A stretch of 64,000 bases of DNA from Scyliorhinus canicula (taxonomy: Eukaryota). Under the pieces are notes generated by a model, which saw nothing but the letters and a program-made list of their open reading frames with translations, was not told the origin of the DNA and ran no database searches. Below, in pieces: positions 24,660 to 36,550 of the stretch. The number at the start of each line of letters is the position of its first letter. Positions within the stretch are counted from its first letter, which is position 1. The stretch covers positions 189,199,353 to 189,263,352 of the forward strand of contig NC_052154.1 of NCBI RefSeq assembly GCF_902713615.1. The letters are read 5' to 3'. Position numbers and translations under genes: made by a program.

Positions 24660-27600
24660 ATAGATAGATCATTATTTAGATATATGAAGTTAATTCTGAA
24701 GCATAATGAAACATTTGAGTTATACTTCAAGAAGTTATTTTGTTATTTACCTAAATATCTCAACTATATTCTTATCACATTGAATTAAGGCTGTGCCTTT
24801 GTTTAGAAAAAAGTAGCAAATCAAAGCACATCGTTGTTTACTAATGGTATTGGGCCACGGCAGTGATGGAGGATCGTAAGTAGATATTGCCAGAGAATGG
24901 TTAGTAGATACTGGCTTTTCTTTAACCAGAAACAATCCCTCAATTTTACAAAACGATCAATGCAATTGTGATGTGTCAGCTTTCAAGGAGCAATACGTCA
25001 TTTGGGGTTTAGCTTATTCTGGACCACATGGTCCAGAAGTGGGTCAGGGAAATCTTACCAAAGGCCTTGTTAGCATATTGAAATTCCACATATTTGCCTG
25101 AAACTTATGTCAATAAATAGTGCACGCTCTATAACTGGCTGAATGACGTTTCCATAATTTATGCCAATCCCTTAGCTATTTAACTCCTTGAAAAGTGTGG
25201 CTTGAGTTTTATGACAATTTCCACTAAAACGTTGAGTTTCTTAAAACTGCCCATTGGAAAACAGCATTCAGCAGCTATTTTCAGAGAAGCTAACACAAGA
25301 CAAACCTTTTAACCTGCCCTTTCACCTCTTTAATGTATCACACATCTCAATGTAATGTGATGTATCACAGTGGCGTTCTGCGCATGTCATACTATGCTAG
25401 CTCTGTTAGTTCCGAGTTGCCAATGGGTTAGTACAAATAATTACATCATCATGTAACATTTATTAATGATTAAGAACTCATCACACAACTGCACGGAATG
25501 GTCTCACTGGAATTCCACCGTGAGAAACTCAACCTAAGCACAAAAAAAGCATTAAAGTTGCAGACCATTTTTAAGAAACAGACAAAAAAGATAGGCATCA
25601 TTGGAATGATTTCCGGGTGGAAATGCTATTTCATATTCCGGACGACAGGAATAACTAACTCAACTGTTCGTCCGCGGTTAATGTCAGTTGGAACTTTCAA
25701 TTTCAATTACAGTCTGCTGCTGACCTCATATTATCCATCATCCTCCATATAATTAGTTCGGAAGTCAAATACAATAACGGAGTTCTAGCTATGAACACTT
25801 TATTGTGTCCCGAATCAGGTTTGATGGAATGATTTAAGTTTTAAATGCTGGGCTTCTGATCCGAGGCATGGCAGTTCATGTCATGACTCTTTGGGGAATT
25901 GGTTTAAGTTGAGAGCACAGGTTATTTCTTCAAAAGTTGCCCTTGTACATCCAATGGGACTATTTTGCACAGATGGATTTTCCTCCCCGGCATTGCTCAT
26001 GGGCGCTTGTTCCTACACAGTGCATGCACTTTCCCATCTCCAGATGGAGGAGGATTTCTTGCGAGGAAAGGCATGAAGCAGGAGGCCTACTTTAGACATT
26101 TGTCGCTACCCTGATTCCGGATAACCTCTCTGCTTTGCTCAGTTACCCAGGGCTGCTCCTGTTCACTTCTGAGCAACCCAGAAGCGGAAGTGAGATGCAC
26201 TCTTTCCACTGGTAAACCGGAAGCAGCTCCTTGGGGGGGGGGGGGGGGGGTTGTGATTGGACAACGATGCATTGCATTATGGATGGCGTCACCAAGAAGA
26301 AGGGCCATTATGGGATTGAAGAGGTTGAAAGGCAGGAATATTGACTTTTAAGCTGAATCAAAACATTCCTCTTGGGAAAATTCCATACCTGAAGGTATGC
26401 AAGAGGAAGAAGATGACACCAGTACCAGCCTCCCCGGACAGGCGCTGGAATGTGGCGACTAGGGGCTTTTCACAGTAACTTAATTGAAGCCTACTTGTGA
26501 CAATAAGCGATTTTAATTTCATTTCATTTCATTTTCATTTTTTCATTTCATTTCATGACACTATACCAATGGCTGGTCAATCAACTCATTTGTGAGATTC
26601 CATTTTTAGGATTGTTAGCACAGCGGTGACATTCACCTGGAAGTGACCAATGTAAGTTTCCAAGAAAAATAGCTTCTGCATGTTGGGGAAATGATGGATT
26701 TGAAATTTGAACATCTCGTTAATACCAATGCATTATGTCCGCATTTAAACATCACACTCGACGTGCCTTTATTGTGTTGTGAACAGACGGAAGGTGGACA
26801 CACGTAGCCAGGATCACATTTTAAAAGCGCAATTTATTCCATTTGGTATTTTTTTCTCTCTCAGCAGATTAATAATTTTACCTTGTCTGACATACAACCC
26901 ATACTGCAAAAACAGGACATGGCAGCGAGACATCCCATAGTCAATGGGGACAATCAATTGGCTCAACTGGGGCAGTTTTCCTAAATTGAATCTTACTTCG
27001 TGAGTGACTGAGACCGAAAGGTCTGTTGCGTTGCAGATGTTATATTCTGATTGATTACACTTTGGCAACTGCCGAATCTAAAGTTAAGTAATTCTTGATA
27101 AAACCAAGATATATGTATCCTTTTTACACGCTCCAGTAAAACGTTTGGGTGACAACTCGCCATGACCACAAGGTGACAGATTACTAAATGTTCATGATTG
27201 ACGCATTTGCTTTGTGTGAAATTTCTGTGCGGCGGGACAGAGAGATGTGAATGTTGCTTCGATTGAAACATCCTCCCAAGTTTACTGTAAATTCAAATGT
27301 GATTCATTGTGAGGATACAATGGAAGCTTGTCGCTTACGGTCTGGGTTACTTCATCTCAATAGATAAGATGTTCTCTCAGGTGATAAGCTTCTCAATTCC
27401 TATCGAATTGCAGAGAAGAGCATTGGAAAGCTGCAAGCGCCGAATATTGGCGTGGCAACAATCATTTGTTGGCTGTTGTTATTTGTAGACAATTTCACAC
27501 ATTCAGAATCGTGCAGACGGCAGCAGGGGCGGGGGTGGGTGGGGGGTGCGAATAGTTAGCAAATCGGTTTAGCATGCTGCTGTTTTCTGTAACAGAGTCT

Positions 27601-30015
27601 GGCGCCTGTCAATAATCCCCATCGTCTGGTCTGGCGCTCGCACATCATGACCAGCACCACCGTGGTCCATTGCAAACTCCTGGACTAGGTTATGTCGAGT
27701 CCCTGCCCACACTACCACCAGGAGGCTTGATTCCGTCCTTCAACTCATCGCTACTCTTGCTGTGCCTCTCAACCGGCATCATCTGATTAACAGTTTGCCG
27801 CGGGGACAGGCTAAGACATCTTTAGCAGTCTGCTGCCAGAGGGTTCCTGCAAATCGAGACTAACTGAGAAATCGCATGCCCCCCCCCCCCCCCCACCCCC
27901 AACAAAAATAAACAGAAGTGAATATTCGTCCCTGAATCTAACCCCCTAACAGATAATGGACACGAAAAGTTCTTCTGATATCTTACTTCCCCAATTCTGC
28001 CCGAATTATTTGGTGCGGAGATGGTGCTATCGAAAACATGAGATTCTAACACTCGTTGAACTATTTGTTACAAAGGGATCTCCCCAAGTTCCCGAGTTCT
28101 CACGACATCGAAAGTCCGCTCTGATATGTACAGAGGTTCTCCCGGTCGTATGCAGTATTGAGACATTGGATCCTGGCGGGAGGGCCGGTAAGTTAGAATC
28201 GAAGTTCAGTGGACCTGTCAAACGTGCACACACACACACACACACACACTTATTCAGAATGTGAAGCCGGCTCTATGTGTAATAATATAGTCAATGTAAT
28301 TGTGAGCTTGGGGGAGGAGTGACAGATCAACACAGGACATTCCACTGGACATTCATTCGGAGAAAACTGGGGAGGGGGGGGGGGGGGGGCGCTGTTGGAC
28401 GATATAAAGCCGTTATTAGAGCCTCAATCTTAAGAAATTCTTAAATATCGTTGGATAAGTTAACCACTTTTGAGACGAGCGCTTTAACAAGGATCCGCCG
28501 ATATTGTTGTATCCCCATAACGTCCTATTTGTAATTCAGACACCATTTCTATGTATTTCCTGGCAATCTACAGAACGGGGACATGCTTGACTCAATGAAA
28601 AACTCAATCCTCATGGGTTGTGTTGTCTCGAAGTGTAATTGTAGGCTCACGTTTCAGGAACCCGCAGTGCAGACTGCGGTTTGGGAATCCAATTTCCTTT
28701 TATATTGGGTAGGTGATGAGTGTGTGTGTGTGAGGGGGGGGGGGGGGGGGATATAAGACAAGGCCTTTTAGGGAAATGAGTTAGTGCAGGGGGGACTTGT
28801 CCTGACACCGTGGATGATGCAACTTGTGGAAATGCTGCCACCTCACCATCGCTTTGAACTCACAACAGCTTGAAAACCGCTTGATCTTTCTCAGATAATT
28901 ATTATCTGGTGGGGAAGAGAGGGGGTGGTCTTGGCGCAATGTTGTTCCAATCATCGTGCAGTCTGCAACATTGACACCGAACACGTTCCTCTGCAGCTGG
29001 GTTGTAGAATATTTGGCACCCCGGAGGACTGGGATGTGCGGTTACAGTTAGGATGGGCACGCTTCCGTGCTGCCTTAGAGGGAATTAAGGGGCCCACGGT
29101 TCCAGTCGGCACACAGTGCGTGACTCGGATCGAGATGAACTAGGTTTGAATCTCAGGGGATCTAATTAACAGGTTGGCTGGAATCCCCCTGTGTACCGAA
29201 ACATTAGCAAGCACCATAGAAACGCATTCGCCCACAACCTGCTCCCGAACTCGGCTCCCTGTTTAGAACAACATTTAGAATTTACATGTACCTTCACACC
29301 CACCTTCACACTCTTAAATCAAAGTGCGTTTAGTTAAATGCTAATCGGTGCAATCATTGACTATTCATTTCATTCAAAATATATTGCCACGATTGGCTTC
29401 AATTATTCCCTTTCTGCACACGGAAAATAACCCAAACACAAATAATAGGATTTTGGAAGACAAACTACATTTAACCCCACTTCCCAAGAATAAGATTGCA
29501 TTGGACAATTGTGTTATTCCATTATAGGATTCTAAAACGTTTTGAAAGCTAGGGTGAACATTGAATATAAAATAAATAGATCAGATCTCAATTGTCTATT
29601 CCCTTTGTCCAACCCCAGGGTTCATAAGCACCATCTCCAAGGAAGCTCGGAGTGGTTTAGGATAATTCGATTATTTTTGCCAATAAGCAATGCTGGAAAT
29701 GTAAAATAAAAAGGGCAAATATCAATAATGGCCGACATTAGTTCGTTAAATAGGGAAACTGTTTAATATAAGGAAGGTCCAGGGTGGTGTGTGTGGGTTG
29801 CAATTACACAGGTTTCCGCCAGTTACTTGTTAAATAGCATTTAAATTGAACACATCCTCCGTTCAACCCTTTGTGTTTAACAACTTGCCTCGAATAATTC
29901 GAGATGCTTAGTTTAAAATAAGCGATCATATGGGGTTTGAAGTCAGGATGGACTATACGTGAGGGCTCACTGCCCGGCCGAAATGCAATAAATTCTTTCA
30001 GGTGAGCGAGTTTAC

Positions 30016-30134
30016 CTGTTGGCTGCCAATCTGGACGCTATGTAACCTCCAGGGATCTGAGTGACGATATATCCCCAGAAAAAAGAACCGTGGATCATTC
30101 CCACCGTCTCGGGATCCCAGTTGAACTTCGCTTT
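30016..30134 (-). CDS. SLC17A6: VGLUT2 coding exon 3 (119 bp)
   Basis: [39 protein letters not shown](R). (CT)n tract plus AAG acceptor, GTAAAC donor. IASRLAANR and VDMVNN are VGLUT2-like rather than VGLUT1-like. Confidence 0.95.
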
Positions 30135-30580
30135 CTTGCGGGAGAGAGAGAGAGAGAGGAGGGGAGTGGGAGTCAGATTATACCATAATTACACTGGGAT
30201 AAATCCCTCAATTTATATTCACAAACAGAGATGCAGTCGTTACCGAATGATCGAACGAGTGTTGCAACCTTAGGGTCGAATTGACTCTATGATTTGGGAC
30301 CTGTTGAATTTACCGCAAGGGGGCTAAACTGGGCCTAGATATCATCATTTTGGCAAGTTCTACATTTAGCGTCCTTTCTTAGAAATGGAACACATCCAAA
30401 ATCCAAGACACGAAGATTGTGCTAGTAAACCTTTTCTTCAATATTTTACTTGTCACAGCTCTGGGACCCAAAGGACCAGACTGGTTATAGAAGATTAGAG
30501 AGTGAACCCTTGTTGTTTTGGGATTGAGTTGATTCAGATGAATTGTAAATGCTAGGCGAAGGGCGTGCGCCAGTCCTCAC

Positions 30581-30833
30581 CTTCTTGATAATTGCATTCC
30601 CGTGATGGATGGTGCTATTGTTGACCATGTCCACGATGGCTACGCCAAGATTACACCTGATCCCGAAGGAGATACAAAAGCCCAGGCCACTCATGATGGC
30701 GATGATGTACCTGCGGGGTAGCCCGAAGCAGGTACAATCGCAGAGTGGCGGCTTGTTCGGCCGCACATTCTGCACCCTTCCATCTTCCGTCAGCTCGATG
30801 TTTTCTCCAGGTTGCTGCCTCCTCTCGAGCACT
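30581..30833 (-). CDS. SLC17A6: VGLUT2 coding exon 2 (253 bp)
   Basis: [19 protein letters not shown]...[57 protein letters not shown] acceptor, GTGAGG donor, phase compatible with exon 1. Confidence 0.95.
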
Positions 30834-32603
30834 CTACACCAGGGAACAAAAAAAAAAATCACATTCGCCCGAATCGAAACCTTCCTTTAATTATCGTGTG
30901 CATCTTACATTTGGGAAATTTCATAGACACACATCCATCCCTCTGCTCAGCTACCTTTGCGGTTTTGCAATCCGCAGTCTGGGTACATTGGCATGGGTAG
31001 TTTTATAGATCATTATTTTGTTGCTGTTAAGTATTTTAAAAATATACATCCAGGCGAGAGATAGTAATATGTTCACCTACAATATGTCAGTCTAATAACT
31101 GGACAATCATAAGTCCAGAAAACAATATATGGATAAAGATAGGTAACTACTGGGATTGTTTGTTTTAATAAACGCCCAGTTAATTATGAGAAGTTTATGT
31201 TATTGTGGGTATATTTCAGTCCAACCCTTTTGAAATATATATTTCTCAAGTAGACGCCTTCCTTTAGTGAAGAGTGAGCATGTTGTAACACTGCCAGAAT
31301 AGATACAAATTTATGGATGAAACTTATCTGGAATAAAGTAGATCTTGATCCACTTTAATAAGACGAGAGCAGACAAATACAATTCGTAAACTCTGATCCA
31401 TGTTTGTTGTATTAAAGAGGGAATAATATTACTGGTTAAAATGTAGCTAATATTTAACACCGCAGCAACAATAGCAAATTAAAATGTTGACTTCCTAGGC
31501 ATTCAAGGCTGTTGCTCTGTTTAGCTAGAGCGAGTAGAAGCTTTAGCCCCAAAATAACACAACTGAATTTTGAATATTTAAATTGTTGTCCATCAATTTA
31601 CTTATTGGCCGAAGTATGGTCAAATATGATTTACATTAAAGTAACCTTAGATGTTTGTGTGAAACGAAATATAAAGCACACACAAATGACGACCAGTCTG
31701 GGACGGAAGTATTTGAAATGCGTACATTTATTCACCCAATACTTATTTTAAAATGAATGTATTCAAGTCTGTGCACTTATACATACTCTACACGGCGATT
31801 TAGCCTATGCACTGAATGGACTTTAGTTGCTTTATGGAAAGCTTTAGCTAGTTATGTCACAAAGGTCTACATCAAAATAATCCTCGATCTGACAATATGC
31901 ATTGTATAATTGTGTTTTGATGGAAGGGGACACTGGTGTATATGTTATTAAACAGGTCGATATGTGTGTAACCCTGCAGGTTACTCCACACACACACAAA
32001 AAAACGCGCCAAATGCAGAAGCAGACATCTCCACTGATATTAATTATTTACACATTCGGTGGCTGATTCCTAAGGTGGAGAGAGAGCAGACACACACACA
32101 CACTCCACATCAAGGAAAAAATAATGCCAGAAAGTCTTTTTTTCGCACCGAAGGAAAACTCCCAATTTACGGCAGTTTCAACCATCACCCGTGGCAAATC
32201 TTTAAAACAAAACAACGTTTCGCATTGTAGCAGCTCCTGATCAACATAGCAGCGATCGCGGTTAAAGGGGCAAAATTGTCAGCAGCCATATTTAAATGAA
32301 TGTATGAGTCTTATTAGAGGAGAAGAGCTAAATAGGTGAGGAAGAAGGAAATGAGAGCGCAAGAGTGCCGAGTGGTGAAATGTCAAATCTGTACATCTAT
32401 GGGGCGTGAATTAGATCAAAATAAGCATTTGTGATTTTTCTCCCGCATTAATAATTGCATATATCTATCGCAAATATTTGCATTTAACAACGATTCCAAG
32501 AAAAATGACTCAGAAACTGTTTTGCACCGCGATATTAATCCAGGGTGCCATCAAACCTTTCAATAACGATTAACAGATTGGCAAGTATTGTTAAGAATCT
32601 TAC

Positions 32604-32689
32604 CTGTACAGGTGGCCAAGAGATTTTCCGGCAAATTTTTTGAGTCCCTCCTTGCTGGGAGCAAAAACCCGCTCCTTCACAGTATCCAT
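32604..32689 (-). CDS. SLC17A6: Vesicular glutamate transporter 2, coding exon 1 (86 bp)
   Basis: Manual translation gives [28 protein letters not shown](R), a VGLUT2-type N-terminus, ending at AG|GTAAGA donor. Confidence 0.9.
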
Positions 32690-34300
32690 ATCTGTCAGAA
32701 GATGCTCAAGTATATTCTCTTATGACGGTCTCATGCCAGAGATAATGACTGTTCATTCGAATTAATTCGCTGGAATGATATGGTGCTCTCCAGCTAGAGT
32801 GGAGCGTGGGAACTCCTACATGAGAACTCATCTATCGCTGGCGATTCCAAGTTCAAAGAGGAAATGGGAAAGTCTTATCTCGCTGCCGGCGTCCAACCAC
32901 TGAAGGTTCAGGAACAGCCATGATGTTTTAGAGAATCCTGCTTCAGAAATATAATGCTGCAGTAAATTTGTTTTGTTAAATCCTCAGATGGAGATCTCGG
33001 CTAATAAAGTCTAGAAATTCGCATGACTTTTTTTATTCTGCAGTCGACAGCAATGGTCAAATAAGACTAAGTGTGGGGGGGGGGGGGGCACAATCGATGA
33101 TTGCAGTAAGTTTACACGGGCGAGTGAGGCATTTTCAGCACCTTGGACAGTGGCGGCGCGCAACTGAAAGCGCGGTGGAGCCAGAGAGAGGGTGTGTGTG
33201 TGTGTGTGGGTGTGTGTGTGGATACGATAACTTTCTCTGGGATTTGACCGGATCCCAGCAAATCCCTCACCGTCACTAGGCTCCTTCTTGAGTCGCCGAT
33301 GCTATGGAAACGGCATCAGAGATTCGACCATCTCGCCACAGGTTTCCAGGCAGTGTCGCTGCCTCACGGAGCTTGGAGTTGATTAAAAAATTGACAAGTT
33401 TTCCTCCAGATCACATGTGTCCCCCCTTCCTTCCCCCCCCCCCCCCCCCCCCGCCCATCCACTCCCACTGCTGACGCAGGGCTAAAAAAACAGAGCATTC
33501 GTTCTTAGCCTTGAATGTATCTGGCTTTCTTTCTCCCCCTGCATTGAGGCTGTTAATTTATTGACCAGACAGGATGGCTCTAGTGCACGTTCGTTGTGTG
33601 GTACCTTCTCTATCCTTTTCTTAAAAACAAATCAAGACCAAATACGTCTTTTGCAAAGGTAAGACGGCCATTACGCAATACAGCGCATTGTACAGGCGGC
33701 GTTGCAACCCCCCTTAATTATAGTTTTCAGATATTCAACATGATTCCCCTTGAGGCCAACGCGCTGATTTGAACACGGTTTGGCACTTAAGGGAAAACAC
33801 ATCTGGGGGCCGAACAGATCGGCCCATTTTCTTTTCATTACGAAAAGGTGATTATGTTTTTTTTTTGTTGCCTTCCAATGCAAGGTCTCAAACTTTAAAA
33901 TGCCACCTTCTGATCAAACATGTTGCAGCACCAATCATCAAGAGTGACATTGGTTGATTGAGAACTGACTCAATCTGATCCACATCTCCGCCTGCTGGCC
34001 CAGCCTGACACTAGCTCAAACAGCAAACCATTGCAGAGGGAAGAGAAACGGGAAAGGTGAAATGAAACCTGAGCTGCTCTTCATAATCAGGTTTTTAAAA
34101 AATCAAGTTTCGATGTCATTCGACTGAAAGAGTTACACATTTTAACTCTAAACTAAAATTGCAAACAAAACTCTTGCATTGCGGCATATCGATTCTTATT
34201 CGGCAAGCAGGCTGATTTTCTAACTGTTATCACGCAATGCTTTAAATTGATCCCAGAAAAAGTGTGACCTTCGTAAACTAATTATTACAAAATTCCATAT
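32690..34300 (-). promoter_or_regulatory. Probable VGLUT2 5'UTR/promoter region
   Basis: Unique, CpG-retaining sequence directly upstream of the start codon, with RE1, a (GT)n tract and a C-run/GC box (CCCGCCC near 33450). TSS cannot be determined. Confidence 0.55.
33134..33154 (+). promoter_or_regulatory. RE1/NRSE (REST binding site) upstream of VGLUT2
   Basis: TTCAGCACCTTGGACAGTGGC versus consensus TTCAGCACCnnGGACAGCGCC. Both half-sites present with canonical 2-nt spacer, about 445 bp upstream of the ATG of a neuronal gene. Confidence 0.85.
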
Positions 34301-34917
34301 TATGTCCCACAACATCTGTATGAGCGATGAACATTACCCGCCTCAATTACTCTCTATTCCATATTTTAATCAATATCACTGTCCAAATAACCACCAAATA
34401 TTAACTTCTACACAGATCCTAAGAGCTTATGAATGCTCTTTAAGAAAAACATTCTCCAATATTTTAACTCTTTTCCGTCACCGGGTTAATGCAAGTGAAT
34501 TAAATGTATTGATTGGCTCTCTACTAGACACCAGCATCCTTTCATGGAATGTAGATCTCTGGTGAGTCCTGTCAATCGGTAGTTTTGTTCACATATACAC
34601 CACCCTATCTCCAGATTCCTCAAATTTTACACCTTCACTTTGTTGAGATCAAGACATCCTCCCACAATCTCACATTCATTCTTCCTTGGGAAACTGAAAC
34701 TGCGGAGCTCCAGACACCTCTACACCGTTTCCTTTCTACCACAAGTAGGGACTCAAACAAGGATCAGTATAATCTTATCATTAATGCCAGTTGAAAAAAG
34801 TGTCCAAAAAAAGAACATTAGTGTTTGCTGTCTGTAAGGAACTTTTAAGGGTTACTCCTGATGGACATTGCTCCCACTTGTTGCAGTTCCTTGCTGAACT
34901 TTGCCAACAGAACCATG

Positions 34918-35635
34918 AGGTGGCACGGTGACACAGTTGTTAGCACCACTGTCTCACAGCACCCAGTGACCCGGGTTCAATTCCGACCTTCAGTGACTGT
35001 TTGTGTGGAGTTTGCACTTTCTCCCCATGTCTACGTGGGTTTCCTCTGGGTGTTCTGGTTTCCTCCCACAGTCCAGAGATGTGGTGGGAATTTCCACTCT
35101 AAATTGCACCATAGTGTTCAAAGATGTGCAGGTTGGGTGTGTTGGCCATGATCAATGTGCAAGGTTACAGGAATAGAGCCAGGGCCGGTGCTAGGAATTG
35201 CGGGCCCAATTAGAAAAGTGATGGCGGGGCCCCTACTCTACAAAAGTAAAAATTTATGTATGTTTATATTTCGTGTAGTATGCTCGTCTTTAACCAAAAA
35301 AAAACATTAAATGCTTGATATACTAAAATTTTGAAACTTACTTACCCGGGCGGAAGGATTTGGCGGCGCAGGGCTGAAGGATGTGTCGACGGTAATGCGG
35401 TGCGTTACCCAAAAGTAAAAACTACCATATAGTTCCTCTTAGAATACAGAAAAGGCTTCAAACGGTAACTCTGTCGCCGCTGGCGCGGGGCCCCCTTAAG
35501 GTGCCAATTTGATGAAATTGGTCAAATAGGCTTAAAACCGGCCCTGAATAGAGCAGGGGATTGGGCCTAGGTAGAGTTCTGATTCTGAAACTTGATGAGC
35601 CAAATGGCCTCCTCCTGCACTGTAGGGATTCTATA
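34918..35635 (+). mobile_element. HE1/V-SINE-type SINE interrupted by a hAT MITE
   Basis: SINE head and core at 34918-35179; the tail resumes at 35547. Confidence 0.75.
35180..35546. mobile_element. Non-autonomous hAT-type DNA transposon (367 bp)
   Basis: TIRs CAGGGCCGGT / ACCGGCCCTG and a perfect 8-bp TSD AATAGAGC (35172-35179, 35547-35554). Confidence 0.85.
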
Positions 35636-35984
35636 GAAACAGAAGTGGTATGAATTGTTCCACATTGTAAAATAGCTTCTGATCCTCAACACAGAATCGG
35701 CCAACATGGGCAACCGCCCAACATAGTTTTTCTTGCTCAATTATTTATTTGATTATTTTTAAATGCAGGAAACTAGCTCCAATGCATAATATTGTCATGC
35801 TACTATATACTGTGTCTTTTTTAAAATGATAAGTCATTCAGAAATTCCAAAAGGGTCAATCAACCCTTTAGATCGTTACAATATAGTTTAAGTTGAAAAT
35901 ATAAGATAAACAGTTCAACAATGAAACACATTTGTTTATAGTGTGCATCAAATGCATATCATCTTTTTGGGCAATTCCATGTGA

Positions 35985-36550
35985 TTGAAGATGAGTTCCT
36001 TCCACGCTTCAAATGGCTGAGAATTCTGTAGAATCTGTGGCCTCTGTCACATGTGGGGAATGTGATGTTTGAAGGGTCAGGCAGATGAATTGTTTGCAGG
36101 TTTATGTGCTCTCTGATGCCTCAACTTTCCCTCTGGTGCTCCTGACGAAGGCTCGCAATGTGTTCAGTGCCTTCCCAAATAAATCTTTTCCATTTTGGTC
36201 AGTGACAAATGAGGGACTTCCATGAATTAGCAGGAATGTTGATCTTCAGATATGTTTTGAAGACATCCTGAAAGCGTTTATGTTGTCCTGCTGGGGAACC
36301 CTTGCCATGCATTAGTTCCAAGTAAGACAGTTGTTTCAGGAGTCTGGTGTCAGCCATGTGAACATGTGCCATCCAGCGGAGCTCTTTCACAGTGATCAGC
36401 ACCTTGATGCTGGGCATGATAACCTGGAAAAGGATGTTGCCATTGGTTTGCATTTCTGCCATTGGATTTAGAGGATGTGGTGAAGGCACATCTCATTGTA
36501 TTTCCCCAATACTTTGAGGTGCCTGTTGCAGGTTGTTTAAGTCTCTGAAT
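35985..36550 (-). mobile_element. RTE-clade LINE 3' fragment
   Basis: LRWMAHVHMADTRLLKQLSYLELMHGKGSPAGQHKRFQD, a typical RTE/BovB-like C-terminus. Confidence 0.75.

Noticed and set aside
26814-27271. Two protein-like ORFs (84 and 92 aa) in unique intron sequence as possible VGLUT exons
   Set aside because: No similarity to SLC17 or any family I recognise, and the lengths are within chance expectation.
28380-28760. TATA-like motifs after G runs as an antisense promoter
   Set aside because: Short motifs with no supporting exon or initiator evidence.
30485-30862. Stand-alone 125-aa protein as listed in the ORF track
   Set aside because: Only 30581-30833 is coding; the flanks are intronic read-through past clear splice sites.
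30016-32689. Assignment as VGLUT1 (SLC17A7) or VGLUT3 (SLC17A8)
   Set aside because: The N-terminus and diagnostic residues match VGLUT2 best, although a VGLUT2-like paralogue is not excluded.
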